DNA of 64,000 bases from Azolla caroliniana (taxonomy: Eukaryota; Plantae; Polypodiophyta): NCBI GenBank assembly GCA_043228905.1, contig JBHGNT010000119.1, positions 1 through 64,000 of the forward strand. The letters are read 5' to 3'. Shown here piece after piece: positions 37,680-50,800 of the stretch; position 1 is the stretch's first letter, and each line of letters starts with the position of its first letter. The notes beneath the pieces were generated by a model, which did no database searches, was not told the DNA's origin, and saw only the letters and a program-made list of their open reading frames with translations. Both the position numbers and the translations under genes were made by a program.

Positions 37680-40600
37680 ACGTTCTCTTGTAAATTTCAC
37701 GTGTCGATTATTAGGGGCATTTTTTGAAAGCCCTAAATTTTTGGACATGGTATAAATCAATATATTTTGATTCAATTTCCAAAACCCTTTATCCATGCGA
37801 TGGTCCTTTTTGTCAAATGACCTACTTTGTGCCTTTTTTCGACGGACTGTTCTTAAATTGTGACATATTACCTATTTCAAATGACCCGATGTTAAGATAT
37901 TCTCTTTAAACTTAAACATCTCTCTCTCTGTGCAACTGTCTATTTCATCTTTGAAAAGAATGGCATGCGGAAGCAATATATGAAAACCGAACAACAGAAA
38001 ACGCAGGTTTAATGGAAAGCTTAGGTCTTCACAGTACGCACGGGAGAGACAGAGAGAGAGTAACACAAGAACTTAAATTCAAAAAATAATACTCAATCTG
38101 TACATAGGATGTGCTCAGTGAGAACTTTTATACTAGCCTTGATAGTGCGCTGACACAAGTATTGACAGTACTTGACTGCTCATAAATGAGCCTCACACTT
38201 ACTCCCAAAACTATTCCTTACAAGGAATATCTTTCTAACGGCCTTTCGGTCTACGCACCGATACGGCCTTTCGGTCTACGCACTGATACGGCCTTTCTAC
38301 GCACCGGTCTGCCTACCGGTTTTATGCACCTAGTCTACGCACTGGTCCCACATCGTATTACGCACAAATGTTGAGCTTGTCTCTCAACACTCCCCCTCAA
38401 GCTCAACTTGAGGTTCCGCCTGCTCTGCCGGACCTACGCTCCGGCTTCTCCTAGCTCCACGCCTCGCTCGTGCTCCTCGGCCTGTTCGACTCAGCGCGCT
38501 TCGACCCTTCTGATCGGCTTGTCTACTCCCACGGCCCTTCACAGGTCCCTTGTTGTCGCGGTGTTGGCGCTTCTCCTGTGTGGCCCTTAGTTGATTCAGT
38601 GTATCTGAATCAAACATCCGAACCGACTCCGCTCTCGTCCGAGCTCTCATCCGAGTTGGCTGTCTCCAACTCGTCTCCGGTCTTCTCGCCCTTGACGGCG
38701 TCATCTCCCCCATGCCTGGTTGGCTTTGGCTCTTTCTTTCGGCTACTCCCCTTGTGTCCACTTTCGGACTCTACCGCGGATCCACTCTCGGCTTCTTCAA
38801 GCGATTCAAGGTCTTTTCCGCTCCTTTCCTGCTCCCTTTCGTGGTCATCTGGGACATTTCTCCCCCTCAAGTTCGGCACGTCGAAGTGACGCAACCCAAG
38901 CGCACTCGAAAATTGCCGCAACTTGTCGAGACCAAGAGGCTTGGTGAAGATGTCGGCGGTCTGCCGATCTGTCGGAACATATTGAAGTTCGACTTCACCA
39001 GAAAGAACACGCTCACGGACAAAATGGTAGTGCACCTCAATGTGCTTGGTCTGCGCGTGGAAGACAGGGTTCTTCGCGAGTTGGATGCTGTTGAGGTTGT
39101 CGCAGTAGATCGTCGTTGGATCGGACACCTCCTCCTGCAGATCCTTAAGTAGCCACTTTAACCAAATGGCTTCGCATGTTGCGACAACCGCTCCTCTATA
39201 CTCGGCTTCGGTGCTCGATCGTGCAACTGTCGGTTGCTTCTTGCTACTCCACGCTATCGCGGCACTCCCAAGAGAGAACGCATGTCCGGACGTGGATCAG
39301 CGATTGGCGACATTGCCGGCCCAGTCGGCATCAGTGTAGCCGACCAACTGCGGGGCTGTATGGGTCCGATATAGCAGTCCGCGGTCCTTAGTGCTGATTA
39401 CGTACCGCAATACGCGTTGCGCACACTGAAGGTGCTCCTCGGTAGGTCGCGCCATGAACTGACTGATCACCCCGACCGGATAACTGAGATCAGGTCGGGT
39501 GATGGTCAAGTAGATAAGGCTTCTGACAACTTGTCGGAACCTTGTCGGATCGCAAACCTTGTCGGAATTGGGGTGAAGCTTGACAGTTCTGTCCAGAGGA
39601 GTCAAGACGGACTTATAGTCTGCCATCCCGAATTTGAAGAGCATATTCAGCGCGTAATGACGTTGGCTAATTAGTATGCCTTCGGGGGTGCAGATCACTT
39701 CGATCCCGAGGAAGTAATGAAGGTCCCCCAGATCCTTCATGTCGAATGATGCCGCAAGCTGGAGCTTCACGCGGTTGATCTCACCTAGGTCGACGCCGGT
39801 GATGACCAAGTCATCAACATAGAGTAAAATACTGACCGACCCGAGTCGACCTTTCTGAATGAACAACGAGGAGTCCAATTTTGACGTCGCAAAGCCCTTC
39901 CGACGCAGCCAATGCGTGATTTTTGCATTCCACGCACGCGGGGCTTGCTTCAGTCCGTAAAGAGACTTCTTCAATCGGCATATTGCCGACGTGTTCGGTC
40001 CGGAGTGAAATCCGGGGGGTTGTACCATGTACACTTGGTCCTCAAGCTCACCTTGCAGGAATGCATTCTTTACATCCATCTGATATCGGTGCCACCCCTT
40101 GGCCACGGCTACTGCGAGCAAAACATGGACGGTCGTCATCTTTGCGACCGACGCGAACGTCTCATCGTAGTCGATGCCGTGTTTCTGCGCGTAGCCTTTT
40201 GCCACTAACCGGGCCTTGTATCGGTTGTCCGAGCCGTCGGTGTTGTACTTGACCTTGTACACCCACCTACATCTGATCAGCTTCACACCCTTCAGTGCGT
40301 CAACCAGATCCCAGGTCTCGTTTTTCGCCAATGCGTGCATCTCTTCCTCCATCGCTGCGCGCCAATTCGCGTCCTTCGCCGCTTCTGCGTAGCTCCCCGG
40401 CTCACGCACTTCTGCTACACGGGTCATGTACACATAGTGATGTGCCATGTACTCGTTGTATCCAAACCGCACAACTGGGTTCTTTTGGCGGGAAGATCGG
40501 CGTAATCGGTCATTTGCCGATGTCGAGGTCTTCTCGGCCGACGCGGACTTTGTTCCTGAAGGCCCGTCGCCGCTTCCCTTGAAGTTGGACTCGCATCAGT

Positions 40601-41574
40601 CTGACCCGTTCCTATCCGTGCCGGAATCCAACACCTTCTTCTTCCCTTTCTCTTCACGCGTAAGCCGTCTCCAGGGCTTCCTACGCGGGGAATGCATGGC
40701 CGAGTCTCCACTAATCGCCGACTCAATCGTCCATTCGGACTGGTCGTACCGACTCAATCGTCCATTCGGTCCACTTAACCGAACCGAAATCGGACTCTCT
40801 TCAGGGGTCCCGATTTCAAGCTCAGCCGGAGGCACCTCGGCCTCGCTGTCCTCATCCTCAGAAGTCGGATTGGAGGTGAGGTCCGGAGTCGGAGGCAAGT
40901 ACCAGGACGCGAACTCATCAAACACAACGTCGCGGCTCATGCGCGGTTGTTTGGTACGCGGGTTATAGCACTTATAACCCTTTTGCTCGTCCGAATAACC
41001 GACCAAGATACACTTCTCGGCTTTTGCGTCCAACTTCCTCCTTTTCTCCTTCGGCACATGTACATACTCAATGCTACCGAAAACTCGTAAGTGTCGCAAG
41101 TTCGGGTTTCTTCCAAAGTATAGCTCGTGCGCCGACACTTTTTCTCCGATCCGGTTCTGGATGTATACAGCGGTTCTTACCGCCTCGGCCCAATAGAACT
41201 TGGGCAAGCTCTTCTCGTCTAGCATTGCGTGTGCAGCTTCCACAACTGACTGATTTTTTCTCTCGGCCACGCCGTTTTGCTCCGGCGTGTATCTACAACT
41301 GAATTCGCGCCGAATTCCCATCTGTTGTAGATAACCGTTGAATTGACCGGAAAAGTATTCTTTTCCGCCATCCGCCCGCAAGCACTTGATCTTTCTTCCT
41401 ATTTCCGTTTCCACGAACCCTTTGAGGTCCCGAAAACAGTCGAAGACTTCGGTTTTCCTCTCAACGAGGTAAATCCACGTGTGACGCGTGTAGTCGTCGA
41501 TGAAGGAGACAAAATTGTTGGGAAACAGGTCCCTCCCGATGGGAAGGAAGAAGAACAGTGCCGATGAACGAACT

Positions 41575-41782
41575 CGGGTACGGAGAGCCGGATGGTGCAG
41601 GCCCGGTATGAACCGGATGAGGAGTGCCCGGCTACGGAGAGCCGGATGGTGCAGGCCCGGTATGAACCGGATGAGGAGTACTCAACTACGGAGAGCCGGA
41701 TGGTGCAGGCCCGGTATGAACCGGATGAGGAGTACTCGGCTACGGAGAGCCGAATGGTGCAGGCCCGGTATGAACCGGATGA
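41575..41782 (+). repeat. 54-bp tandem repeat (~3.8 units) in U3 of the 5' LTR
   Basis: Unit cggagagccggatggtgcaggcccggtatgaaccggatgaggagtgcccggcta, period 54. Confidence 0.95.
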
Positions 41783-42285
41783 AGAGACATGTTCGTAAAT
41801 ATGTTTTCTGAGAGCCCATCGAGGCTACATTTGTAAATAGCCGAAAAGTCATATTAGTATAAATATGACTTAGGGCAAACCTTTAGTAACTGTTGTTGTA
41901 GTTGTTGTCATTCTTCCTTGTTGGTGCAAGAAGAAACGAGAGCGCGCAACTGTACAGAGAGAGAGACAGAGAGAGGCGAGGTCTTTGCCTCTGTTGTAAT
42001 CGCCGCCTGTGGCAAAGATCGTGAGCACGAGGTCGTTACCTTCGTGAACTCACAATTTTGTACATTCTTACATAGTGACAGTTTGCAGCCCGTGGGCTGC
42101 CGTGGTTTTTCCCCTAGTTTGGGGTTTTTTCCATGTAAACCGCCTGTGTATTTGTCTTCCTCTTTGTGTCGTGTTCTATTTCCTATTTTCTGTGTATGAA
42201 AATAATCTCGGTTGTGGCCGAGCGTTGCGCATAAGGAACGTTGGGTTGCCGTCAAGTGGTATCAGAGCGAATTCGACACAGAAAA

Positions 42286-44343
42286 ATGGACGAATCATTT
42301 GCCGGCATGTTCAAGCTCACCGGCTCCAACTATTCAGTATGGAAGTCGAAGATGAGGGACATGCTCGTTGTTAAAGACCTCTGGCTGCCGGTTCAGTTCG
42401 GGTACAAGAGACCGGACAAAGTCGACGCCGCGATATGGGAGGTGATGCACATGAAGACAACGGCGTACATACGGTGCTTCATCGACATGAGCCTGTACAA
42501 CAACTTCAAGGCTCATGAGCTCTGGGAGAAGATCGGCATAATGTTCCAGAACAAAAATGCTGTCAATCAGGTGTCGGTATTCCGGAAGCTAGTAAGACTC
42601 CGGTACCAAGATGGCTCCAGCATGGCGGAGCACATGAATGCCTTCCAGGGGCTGATCCACCAGGCTACTTCATTGGAAGTACCTCTCACCGATGAGGTAC
42701 TAGCGCTACTCCTGCTCGGTTCCCTCCCAGATAGCTGGGAGACGTTGGTTGTCACTTTGGGCAACGCCGGGCCGGAAGGAAAACAGTTATCCCTAGCAAG
42801 AGTAAAGTCGAGCTTGTTAGATGAGGAGGCGCGTCGGAAAGACAAAGATACGAGCTCCGACTCCAAAGCGCTTCTTACCGAATCGGAACGCGGAAGACAG
42901 AGAAACCGTAGTCCCCAAAACCGGGAGAAGTCGGGGACACGGTCAAAGTCAAGGGGAAGACCTACTTGCTTCTATTGCGGCAAGCCGGGACACTTCCAAA
43001 AGAACTGTCGGCATTTCCGTAAAGACAAGGAAATCGACGGTACCGATTCGAAGCAAACCGCGGACCGGAATGGTAAAGACCGGAGGGGACCGGACCAGAA
43101 GGGAACGACGGCAATCGCGGCAAGTGAAGAAGAGTTGATGCTCATCACCGAGGAGTGTGAGATAAACCTTGCCGGCGACGAGATGACCTGGGTGGTAGAC
43201 TCCGAAGCGTCGTTCCACCTTACCCCGGACCGGAAATGCTTCTCATCATATTCAACCGGTGATCACGGCTGTGTCCGGATGGGGAATGAAGGAACATGCC
43301 GAATTGTCGGCATAGGAGACGTGTGGCTGACAACACCAACTGGATGCAAGTTGCTGCTGAAGGATGTACGACACGTTCCGGAAGTTCGTCTGAACCTGAT
43401 ATCAGCCGGTCGGCTAGATGATGAAGGCTACACGGGTAGCATCCGGAACGGTGCTATGAAGTTCAGCAAAGGGAGCCTGATTGTGGCTCGGGCCCGGAAG
43501 GTAAACACATTGTACCTGATGAATGCTCGGTTATGTCCGGAAGAAGTGAACGTGTCATATGAGCGAGAAGGGGATGAAGAGGCTTGCAGACGACAACCTC
43601 ATTCCAGTGAGATCTACATGCAGCAACCGGAAGGTTTCATGGAGAAAGGGAAGGAGCACCTGGTATGCCGGTTGAAGAAGAGCCTGTACGGACTGAAGCA
43701 GGCTCCCCGGCAATGGTACCGGAAGTTCGACTCCTTCATGACCGATCAAGGGTACCACAAGACACAGGCCGATCACTGTGTGTTTGTGAAGAAGTTTGAA
43801 GGAGGCGACTTCTTGATACTCCTCCTATACGTGGATGACATGTTGATCGTCGGACGTGACCAAGTCAAAATACGGATGCTGAAGAAGGCTCTCAACCGGA
43901 CCTTCTCAATGAAAGACTTGGGTCCGGCAAGACAGATGTTGGGGATGCACATCATTCGGGACCGGTCAGTGAAGCAATTATGGCTGTCACAGGAGAAGTA
44001 TTTGACAAAGGTGCTTCACCGGTTCAACATGTCAGAAGCAAAACCGGTCGAATCGACACTTTCGGCAAACTGCAAGCTGTCCGGCAAGCAAAGCCCGAAG
44101 ACGAAAGCAGAGAAGGCGGATATGATGAAGATTCCATATGCCTCTGCCGTCGGGAGCTTGATGTACGCAATGGTTTGTACTCGACCGGACATTGGATACG
44201 CAGTCGGAGTGGTGAGCCGGTTCATGAGTAATCCCGGCAAGGAGCATTGGAACGCGGTCAAATGGATACTCCGGTATTTGAAGGGCACTTCAAATATGTC
44301 TCCGATTCAGCTCCAGAAAAGCTCAACTGGACGGTTTCACTGA
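42286..44343 (+). CDS. Gag-PR-partial RT fusion ORF of the deleted copia
   Basis: Open frame from MDESFAG through gag and PR, jumping directly to EIYMQQPEG of RT. Confidence 0.7.
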   Translation: MDESFAGMFKLTGSNYSVWKSKMRDMLVVKDLWLPVQFGYKRPDKVDAAIWEVMHMKTTAYIRCFIDMSLYNNFKAHELWEKIGIMFQNKNAVNQVSVFRKLVRLRYQDGSSMAEHMNAFQGLIHQATSLEVPLTDEVLALLLLGSLPDSWETLVVTLGNAGPEGKQLSLARVKSSLLDEEARRKDKDTSSDSKALLTESERGRQRNRSPQNREKSGTRSKSRGRPTCFYCGKPGHFQKNCRHFRKDKEIDGTDSKQTADRNGKDRRGPDQKGTTAIAASEEELMLITEECEINLAGDEMTWVVDSEASFHLTPDRKCFSSYSTGDHGCVRMGNEGTCRIVGIGDVWLTTPTGCKLLLKDVRHVPEVRLNLISAGRLDDEGYTGSIRNGAMKFSKGSLIVARARKVNTLYLMNARLCPEEVNVSYEREGDEEACRRQPHSSEIYMQQPEGFMEKGKEHLVCRLKKSLYGLKQAPRQWYRKFDSFMTDQGYHKTQADHCVFVKKFEGGDFLILLLYVDDMLIVGRDQVKIRMLKKALNRTFSMKDLGPARQMLGMHIIRDRSVKQLWLSQEKYLTKVLHRFNMSEAKPVESTLSANCKLSGKQSPKTKAEKADMMKIPYASAVGSLMYAMVCTRPDIGYAVGVVSRFMSNPGKEHWNAVKWILRYLKGTSNMSPIQLQKSSTGRFH

Positions 44344-44865
44344 TTCTGACATGTCGGCTGATGTGGATACCAGCTGGTCTACATCCGGGTATGTGATGAC
44401 ATATGCAGGGGGAGCTGTTTCGTGGCAGTCAAGGCTGCAGAAGACAGTTGCATTGTCAACCACAGAGGCAGAGTACATGGCGGCTGTGGAAGCCGGCAAG
44501 GAAATATTATGGATGAAGGACTTCATCGGAGAGCTCGGTATACGGCAAGAGGAATACCAACTCTATTGAGACAGTCAAAGTGCCATCCACCTTGCTAAAA
44601 ATGCGGCCTACCATTCCCGGACGAAGCATATCCAGCGGAGGTATCACTGGATCCGAGAAAGAGTAGATGACCAGGAGTTCGCACTGACGAAGATCCACAC
44701 GGCCGAGAACGGGTCAAATATGCTGACCAAAGTGTTGACACCCAACAAGTTGAACACATGCCGGAAGAAGATCGGGCTGGAAAGACACCCCATGCCGGAG
44801 TGAAGGGGGAGTTTGTTGGGAAACAGGTTCCTCCGGATGGGAAGGAAGAAGAACAGTGCCGATGA

Positions 44866-45095
44866 ACGAACCGGATGAGGAGTACCCGGCTACGGAGAGC
44901 CGGATGGTGCAGGCCCGGTATGAACCGGATGAGGAGTGCCCGGCTACGGAGAGCCGGATGGTGCAGGCCCGGTATGAACCTTATGAGGAGTACCCGACTA
45001 CGGAGAGCCGGATGGTGCAGGCCCGGTATGAACCGGATGAGGAGTACCCGGCTACGGAGAGCCGGATGGTGCAAGCTCGGTATGAACCGGATGAA
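44866..45095 (+). repeat. 54-bp tandem repeat (~4 units) in U3 of the 3' LTR
   Basis: Same unit as in the 5' LTR. Confidence 0.95.
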
Positions 45096-47245
45096 GAGAC
45101 ATGTTCGTAAATATGTTTTCTGAGAGCCCATCGAGGCTACATTTGTAAATAGCCGAAAAGTCATATTAGTATAAATATGACTTAGGGCAAACCTTTAGTA
45201 ACTGTTGTTGTAGTTGTTGTCATTCTTCCTTGTTGGTGCAAGAAGAAACGAGAGCGCGCAACTGTACAGAGAGAGACAAAGAGAGAGGCGAGGTCTTTGC
45301 CTCTGTTGTAATCGCCGCCTGTGGCGAAGATCGTGAGCACGAGGTCGTTACCTCCGTGAACTCACAGTTTTGTACATTCTTACATAGTGACAGTTTGCAG
45401 CCCGTAGGCTGTCGTGGTTTTTCCCCTAGTTTGGGGTTTTTTCACGTAAACCTCCTGTGTATTTGTCTTCCTTTTGTGTCGTGTTCTATTTCCTATTTTC
45501 TGTGTATGAAAATAATCTCGGTTGCCGAGCGTTGCGCATAAGGAACGTTGGGTTCCCGTCAAAAATATCGGCTCCCGCCAAGACTAACGTTTTGTGCCGG
45601 CCCCCACACATCAGAGTGTATCAAGTCTAGCTTATTCCGGCTCCGATTACGCTCGTTTGGGAAAGGAAGTCGGTGTTGCTTCCCAAGCTGGCAGGCTTCA
45701 CAAATTTGTGCCTTCCGTCCACTAAATTTGGGCAATTCAAATACCACTTGTTTCGATTGCAAGTCTTGAAGCCGCTGGTAGTTGACGTGGCCTATCCGTT
45801 TGTGCCATAAGTCGATGTCCAACTCGACTTTTTGTCCCTTCGCGAACATTGCGGTGCCACCGTCATTAGAGTCGAGGATAAACATCCCCCCATCTCTGCG
45901 CCCTTGCGCAATAATACGGCCTTCTTCCTCAATGAAGCACCCAAGATGCATAAACCGAACCTGCATCCCCAGGTCGACGATGTGCCCGACCGACACCAGA
46001 TTCTTCGTGATGGTTGTGATGTGTAACACGTTGTCGTGAAGAAAACCGTCCCCAGGCGCAAACCGTATATAGCTTGTGTGAACCGGCCCTTACACGTGGG
46101 CACGCCCCTGGTTGTATAGTAGATAGGTAGGCACACAGGTCGAATCCTAGGTAGCAATATTCTATAGAGAGAATCGAGGAGTATCTTTGTCCGAAAGGAC
46201 AGAGAATTAATGTGATGTAAACGGGTGAAACGGCCTCCCTCCTTGAGCTATAAAAGAGAGGGAGACGGGGAGAGAAGGTATCCCGCGCTAGAGGGGACGA
46301 AGTGCTGTCAGACTGGGACCGAGCTCTTCTTCTCTGTCGTAATCCATAGCTTTCTTTTGCGCAGGTTCTTAGGAGGTTGATTCTGCTCCATGGAACGCCC
46401 GTGTGCTTCCGACAAAATCTCCATCTTGCTCCCCTGTGTGCGTGGGTGGTCAGGCGTCGGCATCCATCTCGCTGACCTGATCGGCTGTAACCGTTCGAGT
46501 CGTCTGCATACATACATTTTTTTTTTTGTTACATACGCTAGTGTTCTCAACTCGTGTCTCCTGTGTTGTTGAGCCGCGTTCCCGTGCGCTTCTTTGTCTA
46601 TACGTTGTCGTGAAGAAAACCGACCACGAGCGGAATCGGTGCACCGGAGCGTAGAAACCGACTCTTCATGCACGTGCGACTTAAGTTGAACATAGGAGAT
46701 CCTAGGTAGATTCGGTAGGTAGGGAGTAAAGGGGAAACGGCTCCTTCCTTGCTTATAAAAGGAGGGAGACGAGGAGGGTAGAAGGATCGCGGAGAGTCGA
46801 GGACGAAGTGCTGTCGGTTTGCGTGCAAAGGCTTCTCTCTCTCTCTCTCTCTCTTTCTGGTTGCAAACGCCATAGCTTCCTTTTGTGCAAGTTTCGAGGA
46901 GGCCGCGCTGCTCTGAGGAATGCCCGAGTGCTTCCGGCAGCACCTCCAACCTACTCATTCCCCTCTGTGCGTTTACGAGCAGGCATCGACATCTGTTCGC
47001 CGGCCTGTTCGGTTGTAACCAACTTCGTGTTTTGTTGACTTCGTGTTCTTGTTGTTTGTCTTGTCAATACATACATACTTTCGTGTCTTTCTGTGTCGCT
47101 GTCCCACTCGCGTCTTTGCGTCGAAGGGCCGTGTCCCTGTGAATCTACGCTCGCACGTAGTGGGTCTACCTCTCTTACTCTTCGGTACAGGACCCCCGAG
47201 GTCCCGCCTCACTCCACGCATCCGCGAGGAATACCTTGACATATT

Positions 47246-47262
47246 TGGTGAACCCGACGTGA
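47246..47262 (+). promoter_or_regulatory. Primer-binding site complementary to the 3' end of tRNA-Trp
   Basis: TGGTGAACCCGACGTGA is the reverse complement of the plant tRNA-Trp(CCA) 3' end TCACGTCGGGTTCACCA (sequence recalled, not searched). Confidence 0.8.
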
Positions 47263-47897
47263 AAGAGGCGGCAGAAGAGCAAAAGATGAGGGGATCGGAT
47301 CTTGCAGAGGCCATGGCTTCGGCCATGGATCGGATATTGAGCACACGCGAGGGCACCGGTGCCCTCGACAAAGCCATTGAGGCGGTCGTCGGTACGATCG
47401 GCCGTTTCAGCGGAAAGGATGCTACGAAGTATTTGGCGTCCTATAGGGCGGAAATGCTGATGCGGGACATTCCGGATGTTGTATGTATGGCTGGACTAGC
47501 CTCAACACAGGTGTCTATCCGACACTTCTCCAAAGGGGTGGTAGGGATAGAATGTTAATACACGCGTATGATAATTACACTTAAGCACAGACGAAGACAA
47601 GATTAATCAGCATAAGCAAAACTATATTAATTCTTCGCCCCTTCATTACAAAACATCGGATCCTTTTATAGGCATCCGGCCAGATTACAATCGGTGCTCG
47701 GTAGGCAACCGTTAACCGAAACCGAATCGGTTCGGATCCGGATCGGTTACAACTACCGGATCCGTCCCTCCTAATAATTCTATTCCTATTTCTATATTTA
47801 TCCGATCCGACCTTGCTTTCCCATTTGCCTTCTCTGACCGGCCAACACATGGCACGCCCGTGGGAAAGTGCATTGCACTTCGAACCCACAGCCGGCT

Positions 47898-50800
47898 TCA
47901 GTCTTCCTCCAAATTATCAGGCAAACTCCGCTCCGAGGTTTCAAGTGTTGTTTTGCCTGTGCCGTCTCCGACGTCCGATTGGATTGGCTGCCTTTTCGCA
48001 TCTTGCTGCTCCGACTCTGCTTGTACCGGTGGTACCGGTGTTTCTTCTGTATCCTGTCCGGGTCTGTCCTGCTCCACCTCCGTTCCGTTCCCGGTATCGC
48101 TCTCTCCGGTTTCCACTGGTTGTGTCCTTTCCTCCCCGGATTCGGTACTTCTCTGTCTCCACTCTGCATCATCCCCGGCATCAACCTGCTCTTGCTCCGG
48201 AAGTTCTTCCTCGGGTAATTCTTGTCGGGGTACATTGTTGGTTGGGTCCTCTTCAGCCGGTCGCTCGCCCTCACTAATGGAGATCGGCGTTGTGTGTCCC
48301 TCGGCTTCCTGTCGCAGTCGGTCCTTCTCAAACCCTTCCAATTCTAGTTGGGTTTCGAGCTGTCCGTCATCCAACCTCTCTACTAACCCTCGCATTTCCT
48401 TGAGATGCTCTTCTGCTAGAGCATAGAAATCCTCCGACAGTTCTTCCCGGATGTTGACGATACTTTCTTCGTCCATTTTATAGAACCCATCTCCGTTTTT
48501 CTTCCGATTTTCTGCATCAGCTCGGAGTATCTGCAGTTCAGCTGCCTGTTGTGCCCATTCCCTCCAGAGCTTCTCCGTGCTTTCATTTATGCTGGCCTGA
48601 GCTCGGGTACTCCAACTTGACATGATGAACTTAATTCGGCCAACCCCTGCTTTAGCCTGTTCCGAAGCTGCTTGTTTTTCCTTCCTTATCCGTTTGATGA
48701 TGTCGGCCATTAACTGAGCTTGAGCTTCAGAGTCGACTTTTTGCTTGTCACAGGTACTCCGCCATTTGTTGATTTCGAAAGTCAACTTCACTTTCTCCTC
48801 ATTCCTGCTCTTTGTCAGCTCCCCTACTTTCTGCCGAAGTACTTCCATCTCCTTTCTTTGTTCCGATGTCAAGGTCTTCTCCGCCGATACTTCCTCCCTT
48901 GCTTTGGACAATTCCAAGCGGTTTTCCTTGAGCTGCTCTTTCAGCTTCTCTATCTGTCGGTCGTACGTTGCTGCCTGATTCTTGATGTCCGACGTGGCCT
49001 GTTTATAATCCTTACATAGTCTGTCGAATTCCTCCGTCTTCTGTTTTAGGCGTCGGTTCGCCTGAGCTCGCAACTGATCATCCCGGTCCTTTTGTTGTCG
49101 GAGTTCCTCTCGCAACCGCTCAATTTCCTGCTCCATTCGTCGGCGCAGCCTATCTTTTTCCTTTTGCAGTGTCCCGTTTTCTTCTTGTAGTCGGTCATTG
49201 GTGGCTTTGCTTCGGCGAAGGCCTTCCTCCATTCGCCGTCTGTCGTCTTCTACCAACTTCCGCTGTTCTCTTTCGTTATCTCTCAATGCCTCCTGAGCCT
49301 GTAATTCTTCTTTCAAAGTTGCTATTAACTTCTCGGTCTCAGGGCCGGTTTGCAAGGCCCTCTCCGTTTCTGGTTCGGCTTGCTTTTCTGATGTCCCGAC
49401 CGGCTCGGTGCCATCTTGTGCTTGTCGGCTGCCTTCTTTTGCCTGTGCTAGCTCTTCTTGCAGCTCATGTAATTGTGCCCGGAGCATGACCATATCCTTA
49501 GTCATCGTCCTAGTCACTTCTTCTCTTTGCTCCTCCTCTTCCTCCATCTGGTCTGCTACTCCCGACAACTGCCCTGACAACCACCTTAGCCATTGTGCCT
49601 TTGTTCTGCCTTCGTTGGTGTCAGCAGGCGTGCCTAGCTCTGGCTGTTTTTCCGGCTGTTTCTCCGGCCTCTTCTCTTGTTCCGGCGCTTGTTCCTTTCT
49701 TTGTTCTTCGAACTCCGCCGCCGTCGGTTCCGGTACTGCCGTCTCTGGTGCAGACGGACCTTCATCCTGTGTCGCTTCTGTACCGGTTACTGGAGGCGGT
49801 TCTTTTGCCCGTTGCTGAGTTCCGTCCGCTGTTGGGGTTAGTCTTGTCGCTCGTTTCTCCTTTCCTTGCCTGGGTGGTAGTATTAACATCGGTTCGGATG
49901 AGTCTTCCTCTGTTTCAGCGTCCTCCGTCGGTGCCACTATTGGTTCCTTTACTGGTACCGGTTCCGATTCGAGCGTTACTGGTTCGGTGTCGGTTTGCCT
50001 CTTGCTGGTCTTCTTTGCCAGCTTCTCCTTGCCTTTTTCCGCCTTTTTCTTCTTCGTTGTCGGTTGCTGTTGCTGTTTCTGTGGCTGCCATGATGGGCCT
50101 TCCTCCCTTTGCTGTCGGGATGAGTCTTCTTCCCGCGGTTGTCGAGATGAGCCTTCTTTCCGCGGCTGTCGGGATGATCCTTCTTCCCGCGGCGCTTCTT
50201 CTTCCTGTGTCCATCCTGGAGTGTGTTTCTCTAGGATTCGTCGGCGCTTCATGGTTTGCTTCGGGGTAGTCTCCTGCCGACTTCTTTGCTTGTGCTTGAT
50301 GGGGGACACCGGTGGGACCAACACTGTTAACCATTGGGATATTCCGGCCCATGGCTTCTTCCCTTCCACTAAGTGCTTGATCGCCTCTTTCAGTCCTTCG
50401 GTGATGAAATGGAGCCAGTCCACCTGCAGGCCTTCGAATGTCGCGATGACGATCGTTGCTCGGTATTTGGCTATGGCTGCCGGACGAGGGTTCACGAACC
50501 CGTACTCCATCAGGGCACGGGCCACCTCTCCGAACAGCAGGTTCTCTCCGCCCTGTGTGCGATACGCCTTGCTGCTAAGGGAGTATTCGCCGAAATACTC
50601 GAAGAATATTTGGCTCGAGGGTAGCTCTATCGTCTGAAGTCCTCCCTCCGAAATCCCTGTGAGCGCTTGTACCGCTCCTTCAGTGACCTCTGCTAAGTCC
50701 ACCGTTGTTGCCACCTGCTCTGGTTCCTTGTGTGGTGGAGCGTCAGCGACCCGCAGCAGCCCTCCTAATCCGTTCTTCGTCAGCCATTGTCGCGCTCCGT

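Larger units (their letters stand above)
41516..45561 (+). mobile_element. Copia family B, internally deleted. LTRs 41516-42254 and 44814-45561, TSD AAAAT, PBS(Met-i) 42257-42268, PPT 44802-44811; integrase and the RT N-terminus are absent
   Basis: aaaat at 41511-41515 and 45562-45566; tggtatcagagc; gag CFYCGKPGHFQKNC; WVVDSEASFH; LYVDDML; RNase H STSGY..WQSRLQ..ALSTTEAEY. Confidence 0.96.

Noticed and set aside
37684-37951. AT-rich spacer that might be a DNA-transposon end
   Set aside because: No terminal inverted repeat or partner sequence in the window
41500-41811. Repetitive peptide ORFs (RRAGWCRPGMNRM) in both copia B LTRs
   Set aside because: By-product of a 54-bp unit that is open in several frames and lies in U3
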